A stretch of 63,382 bases of DNA, the filler included, from Choristocarpus tenellus KU-1152 (taxonomy: Eukaryota; Protista; Phaeophyceae): the NCBI GenBank assembly GCA_964200185.2. It is 8 parts of 8 records of this genome, joined end to end, with 100 filler letters (N's around TTAATTAATTAA, not from the genome) between each part and the next. Parts side by side here need not be neighbours in the genome. Positions count along the whole stretch, not along the records: positions 1 to 5,599 come from CAXNAD020010289.1; positions 5,700 to 12,375 come from CAXNAD020007591.1; positions 12,476 to 20,698 come from CAXNAD020004976.1; 5 more parts are not named here. One strand, given 5' to 3'. Positions 1 to 12,917 of the stretch are shown here, one piece after another (position 1 is the stretch's first letter; each line of letters starts with the position of its first letter). The position numbers and the translations under genes are program-made. The notes under the pieces were generated by a model. That model was not told the origin of the DNA. It saw only the letters and a program-made list of their open reading frames with translations, and ran no database searches.

Positions 1-52
1 CCAATTGGACACCCTGGTGTAGACCCCTCCCCCCCCCCAGATACTTTGGGTC
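1..52. mobile_element. MITE family D, terminal fragment at the window start
   Basis: ccaattggacaccctggtgtagacccct-C-run-agatactttgggtc matches the end of the full family D copies at 19475-19656 and 41049-41232, and is the near-exact reverse complement of 5548-5599. Confidence 0.75.
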
Positions 53-227
53 ATGTGGTTCTCCAGACCAGTGATGTGTAAATGTATGTAGGTGCATTTA
101 CCAAGTTATTAGCACCGCAATGATTTCCCCCTTACTCCGTCCCACTATAAGGACATTGAGGAGAACACATTCAAGTGCGGGTTGCTGAACATTGAACTAT
201 AAGTATGAGCAAAATAGGTTTCCGCAC

Positions 228-3200
228 CTCAAGCGTCTTTCTCAGCAAGGAACTTGCTGTTGCCTCTGCAGATATGATACTGATCTGATGACCCTGCCTC
301 AATAGTCCGTGATCTACAAGGGTGGAGAGATCTAGGCCACCCCAAGCAGCAGCCATTGGTGATACATGGTGTATCTCCTGGAAGTGTGTTTGCTCTTCTG
401 ACCTCTGGCTTATGAATTTGGACATGTTGCTGTTCATGTTGAATGAAATTTGATCTTCCCCAGTTTTCATTTGCACCTGCTGGCTCGCAGACAGCGTTTC
501 CCCAGACACCGGTGGAGTACCCTTACTACTGTTAATATCAACACCTGTGGGGCCGCGGTCCCAGTTCAAACCACCTGATCCTTCTCCAGGTTGAGCTTCA
601 GCAAGGATTGGAGCCAAGCCAACAGCATGCCGTAGGGCGTTCACATGCTTCTCTCTCCCATCAGCCTTGATGTGCTAGCAGTTCCAAAGGAATGATAATA
701 GTAAGGTGAGAGTGACCATACAGAAACATTAAGTCTTGGATACATTCCCAAGAATAGTGTGCTGACTTAATTGAAATAGACACGAAGAGGAATCAAGGTG
801 ATGGTCGAATGAGTTTAGGGACTTGAAACTTCGAAAAAACAAAAGCAATGCTTATACAAGGGTTATAGTGCTCTGGCACATGTTGAAGTATTCTGAATTT
901 GAATTCATACCCAGAAAAAAATAAATTATGTTGCTCTTGACCTCAATAGACATCGAGTGGTAGGTCAAGAAGTCTTATGGGTATTGCTTTTGAAACTACT
1001 ACAGTACAATAAAAAGCCTTAAGGCGGAAAAAAAGCACCCATTTGAAAATACCACAGAGAGTTGCAGCATGTCACAACAACAAAAAATACTTGACATGTA
1101 TTAAGAAGCACAAACCAGGTGCTCCGACCAAGTAAAGTCCCAGTCCATTGCCTTGTACATAACAGTACTTTTAAACACCTTTAAAAAAAGACAAGAAAGC
1201 ACCACTTTGTACATGGCATTAGCACAATAAGATCCAACCCAAAAACAGGAACCATGATATCTCCTCTGAACAACACTCACATCTTCAATCAGTACGACAA
1301 CTTCAACCCTGGTCCAGTAGGAGGAGGTCAAGTTGTTGTTCAGAAGAGATTTCACGATATCCAGGATGTGCCGGCAATGGGAAATGATATGCCCACAGAG
1401 TTCTGTCACTGGTGTCTTACCAACTGCATCAACTGCATCAGCATGGGCTGCGGCAGTGAACATAAGCTTGTGATGCATTAGTGAGGGTTGGCAGCTGATG
1501 AGTGTTGCACCAAGCCATTCTTGCTCTATTTCCGTTGCTAGTCGCATGGCATTCCACACTAGACTCTCCTGCATCAACAGGATCAGAACATACATCATAC
1601 TTTAAACCCTACAAATCTGACCAGGGAGTTAAGGGGAAAGGAGTGAACATTGGAGTGAACAGACGTAGTTCTCAAGCCAAAGTTTTATGTAACAGATCTT
1701 GTTCTAAGCACAGTGTTTTCGAATCAAATGAGACAACTGCTCTAAGAAGAGCAGTTCCAACAGAAATAGACAGGTCTGAATCTAGGAAGGCCTTGCCTCA
1801 GAAGAAAAAATATGGGGAGCGCTAGAAGCCAGGCAAGTTGGTAGGGTTACATCAGGAAAACCTCAATGAAGTATAATCCAGGATTTTCCTACCCTCTTGT
1901 GCTTAGACGTAACAACAGCCAGGTCCTGTTTGATTCGCCTGCCGTCCCTGACCATTGACTTCTTGTTCTTTCTAGTTTTGCTGGTAGTCCCGTTCTTCTC
2001 ATCAAACAACTCCACCTCCAAAAGGTTGATGAAGCAATGGTACCGATTTTCCATGGCCTGGTGGTAAAAATAGAAACGATGCAATAGAAATCGCAGAGGG
2101 CTCAGGGTATACAAGAGACAAATTAGGTGTAGACAAATTAGGTGCTTGTGAGAAAGAGAGAACATAGAGGATTCAACACTATGAAACTCCAGGACCTGCA
2201 ATGCAGCAACAAGTCCAGGTTCAGGTTACAAGAAGATTTCACTGATGAGTGCTCGATGTGACTGGTAATGCATTCTAGTCCTTTGAAGAGTGAGGTTCCT
2301 CGATTGACATCTCATAATATGTGTGTATCTTCATAGCATTATATTTCCTACCATATTGGCATGCAGTATGTAAGTGCTGATGCGTGACCCATGGGATAAA
2401 TATGCCATACCTGCATCTTCTGCAGACGTTTATTATAGTCTTCAAGTAGGTGGCATGCCTTGACTGGGTCGGTATCAGGATTGCTTAGCTCCTTTGAGGT
2501 AATGCCTGCCTCAAGGTCTGTAAGATTCTTGAGAAGGTTTGCCATGGCTTCATTCAAGGTGGCATTCAGAGCCTTGGAGGTTGACCTGAAGTTGATGTAT
2601 GCTAAATTTAGAGTACCATGGAGAATGCGCTGATTTAACGCTAGGGAGTTTAGTGCTTCATCCACCTGAGATTCCGTCGCAATATGTTTACATATTGGAG
2701 GGGTAGTAGTTGTGTCTTCAGCATTGGCCCTCACAGCTACATTGCTCTGATTTGATATTCCACATAGAAGTTCTCGAAACTTGACTTCATTCATGTTCCT
2801 ACTTGCACCAGTGAAGTCTCTACTAACTTGAAGGTGTCTATCCGGTACGTCTCCTCCTCTGCCGCTGCAGAAGTCTTTGTGTCTTTCAGGATTTGTCTCA
2901 AAACACCCGAAGTGAAGGAGCTTGTCCTTCAGTTGAAATACGCCGCTAATCTCACGATCTAGCCTGGGCATGTGTCCTCCCATCTCAACCAAAAAGCACG
3001 CCTTTCAGAAAAAAAATAGTACAAAAACGTTGGAGAAGAATGGCTCGGCTAAGCTCGGTGAAAAATGTGTAGTTACTGGGAAGCTCTAAGCGAAAAAAAG
3101 AAAAAGAGAGGAAGCTTCATAAAAATATTGAAAACCACAATATAATAATAAATGTGGTAGTCTTTCTCTTCGGCACAAGCTAAAAATCGTTGAACCCAGT

Positions 3201-5070
3201 TCCTTACAACTGTGATGGACGAAGTAGGATATTTGCCACTATGCTAACACACTTGACTAGTTATCATGTGTGATGCGTTTGTACTTCCCACAATCGATAA
3301 GCTCGTAATCTCCAATTTGAACCTACGGTTGGAATTCGGAGTTAGCATCCCCCTTTCATCTTATCAAACGAAAGAACCTTCAATTGGAAAAAGGTGGTGT
3401 GAATTAACACAAAAACCAGATCTCTACCAGGGAAATAATCTTGCCTGCGTCGCACACACACTTTTTTTGCAATGACTCTCAAATCAATGTGTGTTTGGGG
3501 GGAATCTTCTTCTTCTGATGAAGAAATCCATGGACCTTGCCTTTCACAAATCAAAGGCCCTCCTCGGAGAGGCACATCTTGCCATTTCAAAGGTGATAAG
3601 AGGATTCTTGAATGCCGTCTCATCAGCTTTCTGCCTTCTACTCCCACTCTCACCACAATACCTTCTCGCTGAATTGAAGAACCCCCACCAATTCAAAATC
3701 GCAGGAATGGACCAGCCCGAACATTACTCTGCTCCACCTCAACAACCTTACCCTATGACCTGAAATTCAACATCGACATGAGACACCATTCTTGCATCTA
3801 CCATGACTGCAATGTACTTATCCAGAAAGAAAACAAAGTAAATTACATGAATTTCACCTGCTCTCCGATAGCATCAACTCCTGATGGAGAACAGCTGAGT
3901 ATTGCATGGCATCGACGTAGCACTGCCCCTAACCTGGTCGCCATGCCAATTAGGAGGGGTGGGCCAATCTGCCTGATATCTTTGAGGCAAGCCACAGGAA
4001 CCGACTTGAGAAGGCAAGGAAGGAAGTGAAAAGGGAATGACATGGGCTCAGACTTGAAATACTTTGATCAGATAATATAAAACACGTGACACACATACAC
4101 GTATGTATCTAAAGGTCAGAAACAAGTTAGTCCAAACATATGTAGGAGACAAAGTTCAGCATGAGGTATGCGATGTAAGTCGTGACATAGGTCAACCAAA
4201 AGATGGATGGAGTAGGAGTCACTGGTTCTTGGACTTGGAAACACATGCTCCTTTACCTGTATCCAAAAACACACATACAGGCTACTTACCAATTTTCACC
4301 GAGAAAATATTGAAAAGGACTGTCTTAAGCTTAGCATGGAGCTAATCACGTTGGGGCCAGCTATATGCACAGGGCATGGGTGAAATGTTCCTCGAAACAG
4401 GTAAGAAATCCAACACTCTAAGCACCAATCTCGAGTCCAAAACAGTACCACGTTACCTATCTGGAAGATGAGATGTAGGGATCTCCCTTGCGAAGGGATT
4501 CAGATGTTATAGTGGGTTTTCTTCCCTCAGTTAAATCCATGTATGTATTTGGAACCACTCCTCGCCATACTATGTAACTGAAAATCACACTACTCCCAGT
4601 ACTTGGAAACACTAGTTTGAAGGAGATTAATAACTCAGTCACTGGGTGGTAGCATGTGCTAAATCCTATATACCCCTTGCGATTTCATGACAAATGAGAT
4701 GAGGAAGCAAAACACTATGACTGCTAAGTATAAAAGATGGCATTAGTGACTTTCTATGAAAGAGGAGAGATAGAGGACCTCACCATGAGGAATTCCACGA
4801 CCTTGCAGGTGTTGACCACCAGGAGCGACTGAGGGCTATCGGTAGTACAGCCAGCAACTGCATCAGCATACTCTTGAAAACAGGAATACCAGCTCTCCAG
4901 CCATGTTGCAGTCTCGCTCACCTGGCAAACCTGATGAAAGATCACATCAAAACTCTTTGGTGTTGTGGTCGGCTTGACTTTGTTGAGTGAGGTGACATAG
5001 AGAGAATAGAACTTGGAAGTATTGGAGCTGAGAATTGAGAAATTACGCTCCATAGCCACATCAATTATAT
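228..5070 (-). CDS. Divergent axonemal dynein heavy chain, tail/DHC_N2 region (DNAH6-like), partial multi-exon gene
   Basis: Six GT-AG exons join in frame: 5070-4784, 4004-3858, 3001-2411, 2057-1893, 1568-1281, 674-228. The joined protein is colinear with the DNAH6-type tail as I recall it: LLVVNT, PVACL, PSGVDAIGEQACFLVE, LSNPDTDP, VWNAMRLATEIEQEWL, SLLNNNLTSSYWTRVE (cf. LRNPxLxxRHW), LDLSTLVDHGL..ISIISAEATASSLLRKTLE (cf. LTLxxL..IxxISxxASxExxLE). Both ends are missing. Confidence 0.72.
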
Positions 5071-5547
5071 CTCAATAGTATTTGTCACACTTTGAGTGCT
5101 TTCTCACATGTACTGTTTCATTGTTACTTGTTCACTACAGGCCGTAGCGCATGCCCCACATTGTCTTCCACTCTACCTCTAGTTGCACCTTTGTGTTGAC
5201 CTCCTCCATCAACTTTGGTCCGGAAGTAATAATTTCCACTCCATATGAATGAGGCCCTACAAATTAGCACATGCAACTATTTTTCCGAAAAGCGAATATC
5301 AAATATTGAAAAAACATATAGAGGTTGCGGTGAAATCCTCAAAGACAATGGCGCAAGTGATCCCATTATTTATGTCCTCACTGTTCATTTCCTCACTTAT
5401 CCGTTTAATAAGGAAGTGGGTATGATGTATGCTGCCAAGACATCAATATTCCACCAAATTCGAAAGAGGTTGGTTAGCAAGGTTATATCTTAAGGATCCC
5501 AAAAAAAAGACAAAATGTTCTTTTTTCTACCAATGCAGAACGGGTCT

Positions 5548-5599
5548 GACCCAAAGTATCTGGGGGGGGGAGGGGTCTACACCAGGGTGTTCAATTGGG
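5548..5599. mobile_element. MITE family D, terminal fragment at a contig end
   Basis: gacccaaagtatct-G-run-aggggtctacaccagggtgttcaattgg; reverse complement of 1-52. Confidence 0.75.
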
Positions 5600-5699
5600 N
5601 NNNNNNNNNNNNNNNNNNNNNNNNNNNNNNNNNNNNNNNNNNNTTAATTAATTAANNNNNNNNNNNNNNNNNNNNNNNNNNNNNNNNNNNNNNNNNNNN
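5600..5699. other. Artificial contig spacer (44 N + TTAATTAATTAA + 44 N)
   Basis: An identical 100-bp spacer occurs seven times. The 12-mer places stop codons in all six frames. Confidence 0.97.
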
Positions 5700-5722
5700 C
5701 CCCCCCCCAGATACTTTGGGCC
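5700..5722. mobile_element. MITE family D terminal inverted repeat at a contig start
   Basis: C-run + agatactttgggcc, the family D TIR. Confidence 0.6.
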
Positions 5723-7756
5723 TTTACTCTCAGTCTTTTGTGCACACCAACGGCATTCGCCCACAGGGATTACACACATGTGCAGCTGTGACATTTCGAG
5801 GCTCACCTTCTTTTTTTTGTCATTGAGCAAGACTAGAAATTTAATTTTAGGGGAGAATGAAGCTGTAGGCTCAACCAGGCTCGTGGGCAGCATTCAGTTC
5901 AAGTATGTATTGAATGTTTAGTCCTTGACAGGGTTGCAATCATCCCCATTGGACAAAGATATACCAGGCGATCGGTGTATCAGTACAGGAAGAGCCTTTG
6001 AGATTTTCCATTGTATGCCTGTTTTAATGACGCAGGGAGAACCATTGCAAACAGGACCTGGTTCTGCCCTTGAAATGAGAGAGGATCTACGTAGCCAGAT
6101 GGAAAGCACTGCTGCTGGTTATCTGAACGAGGTTGAGGGAGGCACTGGGAGGGAGAACTGGGTCACTGGCTTGGCCGGAATAGGTGACTGGTTTTGGTGG
6201 AGGACATTTTTGTCCACAAAGCGTGATGCAAGAATTTATACTACAGAGGTGTTCTTTGCCACTGGGACAGGCTAGACCCCTAAGTCATCCAAGGCTTTGT
6301 TGAATTAGCATGTCAACCTTATTTTTTCGTTTCTGAGATGGTAGGGCAAGTTGAGTGAGAAAGGCGTACATTTGACAGGGTGTGGAATCCGGACCGTTTT
6401 GGTGGGCTAATGGATGGTTGAGCCCTTCCGTCACCAAGGACACAGCTAGTGTTGCTTGTTAGCGACACTTTTTCTCTCCCCCAAAATCGACTTGATAGTA
6501 ATGTACAATGCATATGCATCTTGAACTATGACACACCATGTTCACAGCATTTGATTTTATCGCTGAGGATAATTGAACCCTAGCTCAGGGACCAGACACA
6601 TTCTTGGCACTAGGAGATGATCATGCTGTAGGAGTCATGGGGGAGGGCTGTATGAAACATTTGTCCCGCAGAACATCACTTGAACCTCCTTACAACAGAT
6701 ACGGAATCGAGGATATGAGGGTAAATTGTGTACCTATCACACTGCCAGATGACAAACCACATGACAACGATGTTTTCTGGTTTGGTGTTGAGTTCCCCCT
6801 GCCCACAGGGAGGATCTCAATACGTCTGGTGTCGTTATTCTCTTGAGCAACAAAGCAAAAAAACTTGTGCTTGATAAAATCACACTATATCGTGGGTTTC
6901 TTGGACTGACTGTCTTGTGATGAAATTTCCAAGGATCAGTGGAGTCAGTTATTGAATTGGCCGACTACTCACTCTAAGTAGTCAAATGTCCGATGGTTGA
7001 GTACTTTCATTTGTGCACGACACAAACACTGAAAGGTAAGGTTTGTGGAGTCTAAGACTAAGAAAAAGATTGTTCTTATGCCCCAACCAATCTCCACTGT
7101 GTTTTTGAGGTACAGAAGGAGGATTATTTCAATTGTTTCTCAGGGGGTGACATCTGCAGCAGCTTTGTTCAGCCTCACAAGTGGTACATATAGGGTAGAG
7201 TATTTGCAATGATACACTTTGAACAATCATCGTGTGATGGGTCCAAGACCTTTGCATCACTCAACTCCAGTACTTGCAAGTCGAATTGTGATATGAAACG
7301 CCCTGAACTCTGCCCATGCCCTCCAAACAAGTACAAATATACTCGGAGTAATCCTGTGTATGTGGACAAACCCCATAGAACAAGAGCTTAGGATTTTCCT
7401 GGTCATCCTTAATGTGCCTCCTATGATAACAAATATGTGAACATTACAAGACTCGAGAAATGCCAGCTCTTTAACAAACAACTTCTATATACCTCTAACA
7501 GTGCTCCAACCGGTCAACATCTTGAACGATTTTGCGTAACAGCATCTTTCCGCGCCACTTCCCGCCAGGTTCGATTCGTTTGAGTGATGGAAAAGGATCA
7601 TTTCCTCGACATAGATCTGACAGCATCCCTTCTTCCCCAGGAAGAGTCCACCGCATCGTAAGCACAGCATGGTCTTCAACTCCTCTCTTTCTTTGCTGAC
7701 TCCCTCTACCACCCTCCACCAGCTCATCATCATTGTCCGAAATTTTTTTCTCTTGT

Positions 7757-8284
7757 GAGCCAAACGAATAGATAGGTGGACAGGTTTGGATCCTTTTTTG
7801 TGCTTCAAGAAGCCATCTTTCTTACCTGCTGCAATATACTCTATTTCACTGCTATATTTGCACAATAGCGTGCGCCAAATCAATACTCTCCCTTCCCATA
7901 CACAAAGAGACACCACAATTCAGCAAAGGCTCTTTCTGCAATTGTACAATGAGCCAAAGTATCTTAGAGGGTAGAGCCACATCCGTTTGGGGGTCGAAAT
8001 CCAATGTCACGATTTTGATATGATCTTGGCTATCGTGTTTGTTAGGCAGTGTCAATATCCTTGTTCCAGACACACCTTTTCATAACGTATACATTTTACC
8101 TACTCGGAAACATTTCGGAATGGGTAAAATGTCATAAGATACCCATGGGAAGCCAAGGCCCAAACAGACAAATAGGGCAAAACTCGTACCCTCTAAGATA
8201 CTTTCACTCAATACGGAGTCTTTTTGCCCTTTCCAGGGATCCATACATAATGCAACCCTACCTACCTCTCAGTTAGTGTGACTC
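7757..8284 (-). mobile_element. MITE family B copy, interrupted by a family A MITE
   Basis: Termini gagccaaac...gtgtgactc, flanked by the 4-bp TSD TTGT. With 7951-8209 removed it is colinear, in reverse, with 18626-18880 and 44574-44807. Confidence 0.75.
7951..8209 (+). mobile_element. MITE family A (Sola-like non-autonomous DNA transposon)
   Basis: TIRs of about 23 bp: GAGCCAAAGTATCTTAGAGGGTA ... TACCCTCTAAGATACTTTCACTC. Flanks (C)AAT/AAT. Seven copies occur in the window. Confidence 0.85.
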
Positions 8285-8536
8285 TTGTACCCTTTCTCCT
8301 TCTCTTCCTCTTTCTCCAGTCTCCCTCCACCCAACCTCCACTTACCTTCTCTCCTTGTACTTCTTTCCTCTTTGTCATATTCTCGACCTATGTGCACAGA
8401 TATAAAAAGACAATATAGAAGAAACTGCACTAAATTTTGCCAGCATAGCGGTCTAGATGCATACTACGTACTACATTACAGTACTGGCCTAGAAGTATGC
8501 GTACGCTTATGCCCCATGTCCATATATGCATGTACA

Positions 8537-8540
<4 letters not shown>

Positions 8541-8585
<45 letters not shown>
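8541..8585 (+). repeat. (CA)n microsatellite, about 22 units
   Basis: Perfect CA run. Confidence 0.95.
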
Positions 8586-8587
<2 letters not shown>

Positions 8588-10150
8588 AGTGATGTATCGT
8601 ACACACATGTATCGATATCTTTGTATATTATATACCACGAAATTGTTCTGTATGAATATTCTGGATATTGACCTCGGAGCCTGCAAGTATTTTCGTCTGC
8701 GCACCAATGCCTATGTGTGCATAGTATGCATCAAAATGAGCCCTCCCTCACACCACCCCCTCCGAATTTTATCTCACTCTCTCTCCCCCCCTTCTCAACT
8801 GGTTGTATCCGCTGCACCTCCTCTCCGTAGCAGACACGTCCACCATCTCCAAAACGATTGTGGCAAATACAGAGAGATACTTCCAGGTAGGTAAGGAGGT
8901 ATTGCAGTCGAGCTGAGGATGTATGGAGGTGGGGGGTTGGGGGGATTGGTGAAGGATAGACAAGGGAAGCTGGAGGAGTAGCGAGGAGGAGTGACCCAAC
9001 ATAGAAATTTCGAGACCTGACCATCCTTTTTGGGTAGTGCTTTGAAGAATTATATTTTTCGTGTGTTTGAGGAAGTAAACGATGTTGTTCCTTTAAAATA
9101 GATTGGGCAGGTTGCGATGTCACCGCTTAAAAAATGTATTTGATACAGTACGGAGTTGGAGGAAGCTTCCGTTTAGCGGGTAGAACTTGCCAAACACGAT
9201 CGAGCGTAGCAGGGGTTAAAAAATATAGTTTTTATTTTGTTTTATGGCAGTTTGAGACTCACCTCAATAGCATCTTGCTGAGCCTCTTTTTGTTTTTGAG
9301 AATTGTGCTTCCGTAGCAATCAGAGAAGACGCAAAAGCACTGTTGAGTCCCTTCCAGTCTTTCTATCTCCTTACACAAACTAAACCCTGTGAGGGTGATC
9401 TCAATGGTTTAGATCCCAGCCTGTGAAGCATTGGGACTCAAGATGGAGACGGAAACAGCAACAAGAGGAGTTGATAAACAAGACTGCTCGTACCCACCGG
9501 GCTATCAAAGCTCAGCCACAGGGGAAGCAGGCCGAGCGCCTGGCGCGATTGGCTAGGCCACAGAGGTTAGAGGTTTGAAAAAGCATGTCGTGAATGTATG
9601 GCAACTTAATATATCAAGGCATTGTAGAAATCGGGTTGTTGGATAGGAGATTTAATCCCTCCGACCTCAATCTTGAAACACAATAAACAGCAGCAGACCA
9701 TCATCTGTGTATTAATGAAAGGGCTCAAACGGATCAAATAACTTGTTGGAAGCCTTCAATATGCAGAGCTGCACAAAATATTTTTTTGTGTATATAGTGT
9801 TGCTGTGAAAAAGTATTCTACGTACACTACAGTACTATATTTGACATTTTTCTTATGCAGAGCTATGGTGTGTGTGTTGGCATAGATCTTTGAGCAGCCC
9901 TAAATAGTGGCTCTCCAAATTGATGTGATTTTAGGATATGTATTGGATAGAAAGAGGACAGTAGTAGAGGTTCCCCAAATAGGGGATTGGCGACATAAGT
10001 TGTGCTTCTTATGTGTATTGACATTGTTTATTGAAGTGATACAGACCATTAACCATTCATTCAAAATATCCCACTGTTGAACTACAATTTCCTGGACTCT
10101 TGATGTTGACAATGCACAGCCCATAGGAGACCCCCCTTTTTCCCCTCTCA

Positions 10151-11637
10151 GGACGTTTTGCCTATCAGCTGGACGAGTAAAAGAGGTCCCTCCAGTGGTA
10201 GTCAGTCCCTCTGATGCCGCCATCATCACTTCCCCAATCAAACCTACAGAAGCAGCAGTAGCAGCAAGTCACCGCAGTTATGCTGCTTGGCTTGGGATGA
10301 AAGAAAGGGTTAAGTGTGGAACAACAGCTGAAGTTGAGTCATGTTCATGGAGTGAAAAGGAAAGGCAAACATGTTCGCACAGCAGAGCCTCCTCTAAGAG
10401 TGAAAGGCGTGGTACCTGGACTACCCAAAGATTGTCTCACTCCAGTTGGTCAGGGAAAACGACAACTCCATCAGAATGCCTTTCTCCTCAGCCCTCGCGT
10501 GACGGGGTTGCTAGTGGAGGCGTAGGTGAAAGGCTGAGAGTGTCAGTAGAAATACCACTGCCATGCACAAGCTCTATCTCAGAGGGAACACCACCTCACA
10601 GTTGTGAGGGCACCGCAGGTCCTCTAGCAAGGGAATGGAGGTGCATATTGCAGCCCCAGAGCTCAACTGCCTGCACAAGTACAATGATTGGGACTGGTGA
10701 TGTGGTAGGTAATGATTTGGGGTCGGAGATGGGGCCTGAGCCAGAGATCATGAGACCAATCTCGAAGCAATCATGTGGAGGGTGGGGGCAGGAGGGTGAA
10801 GGAGGGAGAGAAAGGGGAACAAGGAATTGTGAAATATCTTCTGAGCTAAGGAGTGTTGCAGATAACAAGATGTGTTGCATTTCCAGGCTTGCAATACAGG
10901 CGCTGCCTCGACCTCATAATCTGTCTCCGGCTCTGGCTTCAGTCCCAGCCCAACCTCCACCTATTCCATGTATTAATGACGTGGAAATACCTACCAAGGG
11001 GGTGAGGAGGGACAGTACACCAAGGACTATCATGGTGTTGCCATACTGCAGGGAAATGAGCGTTCAACTCGTTGGGGAGGGTGAATATAGAAATAGTGCT
11101 AACATTTTTGATCATAAAAACAGAACTGTTGAGGAGGTTAAGGGCAGGTTAGGGACTGGGGCAGAGTCAGAGGATTTTTTTGGCATTGAAATGAGAATAG
11201 GAGCAGGAGAGTTGTCAGAATCAGCAGAGGGGGGGAGGCTGAGAACAACGAAGGGCGAGGTGTCAAGGAAATGTACTATTGTTCAAAATTTGGATGGTGT
11301 GGGGGATGCAGTTCATTTGAGTGTGGTAGAGGAGATGATAGCAATTGCAGGGCCAAAGCTTGAGGAAGCCAAGGCTATACAAACCCGCTCAATGACTGGA
11401 GCTTGTATGACCAGGTGCTCAAGTGCTTCAAGCAACTACAACACTCAGCACCACTGTAACGATCGAGGGAAAGGCTATGGTGTTGATATGAGCACGGCAC
11501 AAGGTGGTGGCAGATACAGATCAAATCCTGGGCTGGAGGGGTCAAAGCCGCTGCATAATCTAAATTTCCAGGTGTTCCAGAGCTCAAGCGACTTCTTAGA
11601 AGCTCTAATACACATCTTCAAGGTGAGCTACGCCTAA
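10151..11637 (+). CDS. Large low-complexity (Ser/Gly/Glu-rich) coding exon of unknown function
   Basis: The frame is open from 10081 to 11637, while the antisense frame is interrupted by stops. There is a strong polypyrimidine acceptor cccccttttcccctctcag ending at 10150. Composition resembles the large disordered exons of the other genes here. No domain recognised. Confidence 0.4.
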
Positions 11638-11756
11638 AAAGAGAAAGAGATAGTGAAGGTCAAATAAAAGTGCACTTTCTTAATCTTGGATGCAGAGAGT
11701 AGGTGATGGCACCAAGTGACCTCACTTCACCTCAAATGATAAATTGGTGTGCATGA

Positions 11757-12020
11757 GAGTCAAAGTATCTTAGAGGGTAGAGCCGCATCCATTTGGGGGC
11801 CAAAATCCAATGTTGCAATTTGGATGTCATTTTGGCTGTCATTTTTGTTAGGAGATGTCAGTATCCTTGTTCTGGAACCTCCTTTTCATAGCGTGTATAT
11901 TTTTCCTACTCCAAAATGTTTTGGAATAGGTAAAATGTCATTAAAATCCCATGGGAAACCAAGCCCCAATTGGACAAACAGGGAAAAATTCGTACCCTCT
12001 AAGACATTCTGATTTCACCC
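11757..12020 (+). mobile_element. MITE family A, right TIR degraded
   Basis: Starts gagtcaaagtatcttagagggtagagcc, is colinear with the other A copies, and ends cgtaccctctaagacattctgatttcaccc. Confidence 0.8.
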
Positions 12021-12337
12021 TTGATCCACCTCGTGGTCGATTTTTTCAGACACTATTGTCTGTCCCATTCTCCTTTTTATCCCCCCTTCCATATTGTGTA
12101 GCATCTTTACCGATCATGGTGTGAAAAACAGGCTTAGATGTTTTGCCACTTCGCAATTGGGCTTGGAGTACGCTGGTAATATGTTTCACAATGCACATAT
12201 CAGGATAGTACAGAGATATACTGCAGGCAGGAGTGACAGACTCCAAAAGAAGGATTCCATCAATATCACAGAGATGCAATGATGACTACAGGGGTTTGAA
12301 GTGGGATGGAGAATTGTGCTTGTTGCAGGAGTGTGCA

Positions 12338-12375
12338 GGTTCAAAGTATCTGGGGGGGGGGGGGGGGGGGGAGGT
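12338..12375. mobile_element. MITE family D TIR at a contig end
   Basis: ggttcaaagtatct followed by a long G run. Confidence 0.6.
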
Positions 12376-12475
12376 NNNNNNNNNNNNNNNNNNNNNNNNN
12401 NNNNNNNNNNNNNNNNNNNTTAATTAATTAANNNNNNNNNNNNNNNNNNNNNNNNNNNNNNNNNNNNNNNNNNNN
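12376..12475. other. Artificial contig spacer
   Basis: 44 N + TTAATTAATTAA + 44 N. Confidence 0.97.
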
Positions 12476-12494
12476 CCCCCTGATACTTTGGGTC
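12476..12494. mobile_element. MITE family D TIR at a contig start
   Basis: ccccctgatactttgggtc. Confidence 0.55.
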
Positions 12495-12917
12495 TTAGAG
12501 GAGGCTGCGTACGGGACAAGAAATTAGAGTTTGTTTGTGACTTGCGTCTAGATACGCTTGGACCCCCTTGCTACACATCTGGGCTTGGTAAGCATTGTGG
12601 ACACTAACTCACGGTACACTTCGCAGTCAATGCTCAGTTTCTGGGCATATGTTTGAACTCTGGTGGGACAGTGAGTTGCTTTGCAATCCCTAGCAGTTTC
12701 TTCGAACTTATGTGACTACTTACAAGGAAGCACTGACTAAGCTTGTGTTACGCTTATCATACTAATTTCAAGAACAGAAGGAAATGGTAAAGATTGTTTG
12801 TTCTTGTGTTACATATGTTGGCACTGAATCTCCTGCGTCCTGTACATATTTCGTATCTGCTAAACGCTCTCTCTTTTCCTGTCCACGTGTGCCATACATT
12901 CTGCCTCCATGCACTAG

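Noticed and set aside
2348-2992. ORF first read as a retrotransposon gag
   Set aside because: It has proper splice sites and joins in frame with the neighbouring dynein-like exons.
1-5599. Inverted repeats at both ends of contig 1 as TIRs of one 5.6-kb transposon carrying dynein exons
   Set aside because: Both are the same end of family D elements that extend outward, away from the contig interior. Independent insertions at which the assembly broke explain this better.
5548-5722. A single family D element spanning the spacer (also 12338-12494)
   Set aside because: The flanks show no matching TSD (GTCT/TTTA; TGCA/TTAG), so true adjacency is unsupported.
5900-7720. Several short ORFs on both strands
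   Set aside because: No motif was recognised and no consistent splice chain could be built.
8507-8894. ORFs with HT/VC repeats
   Set aside because: They are translations of the (CA)n microsatellite.
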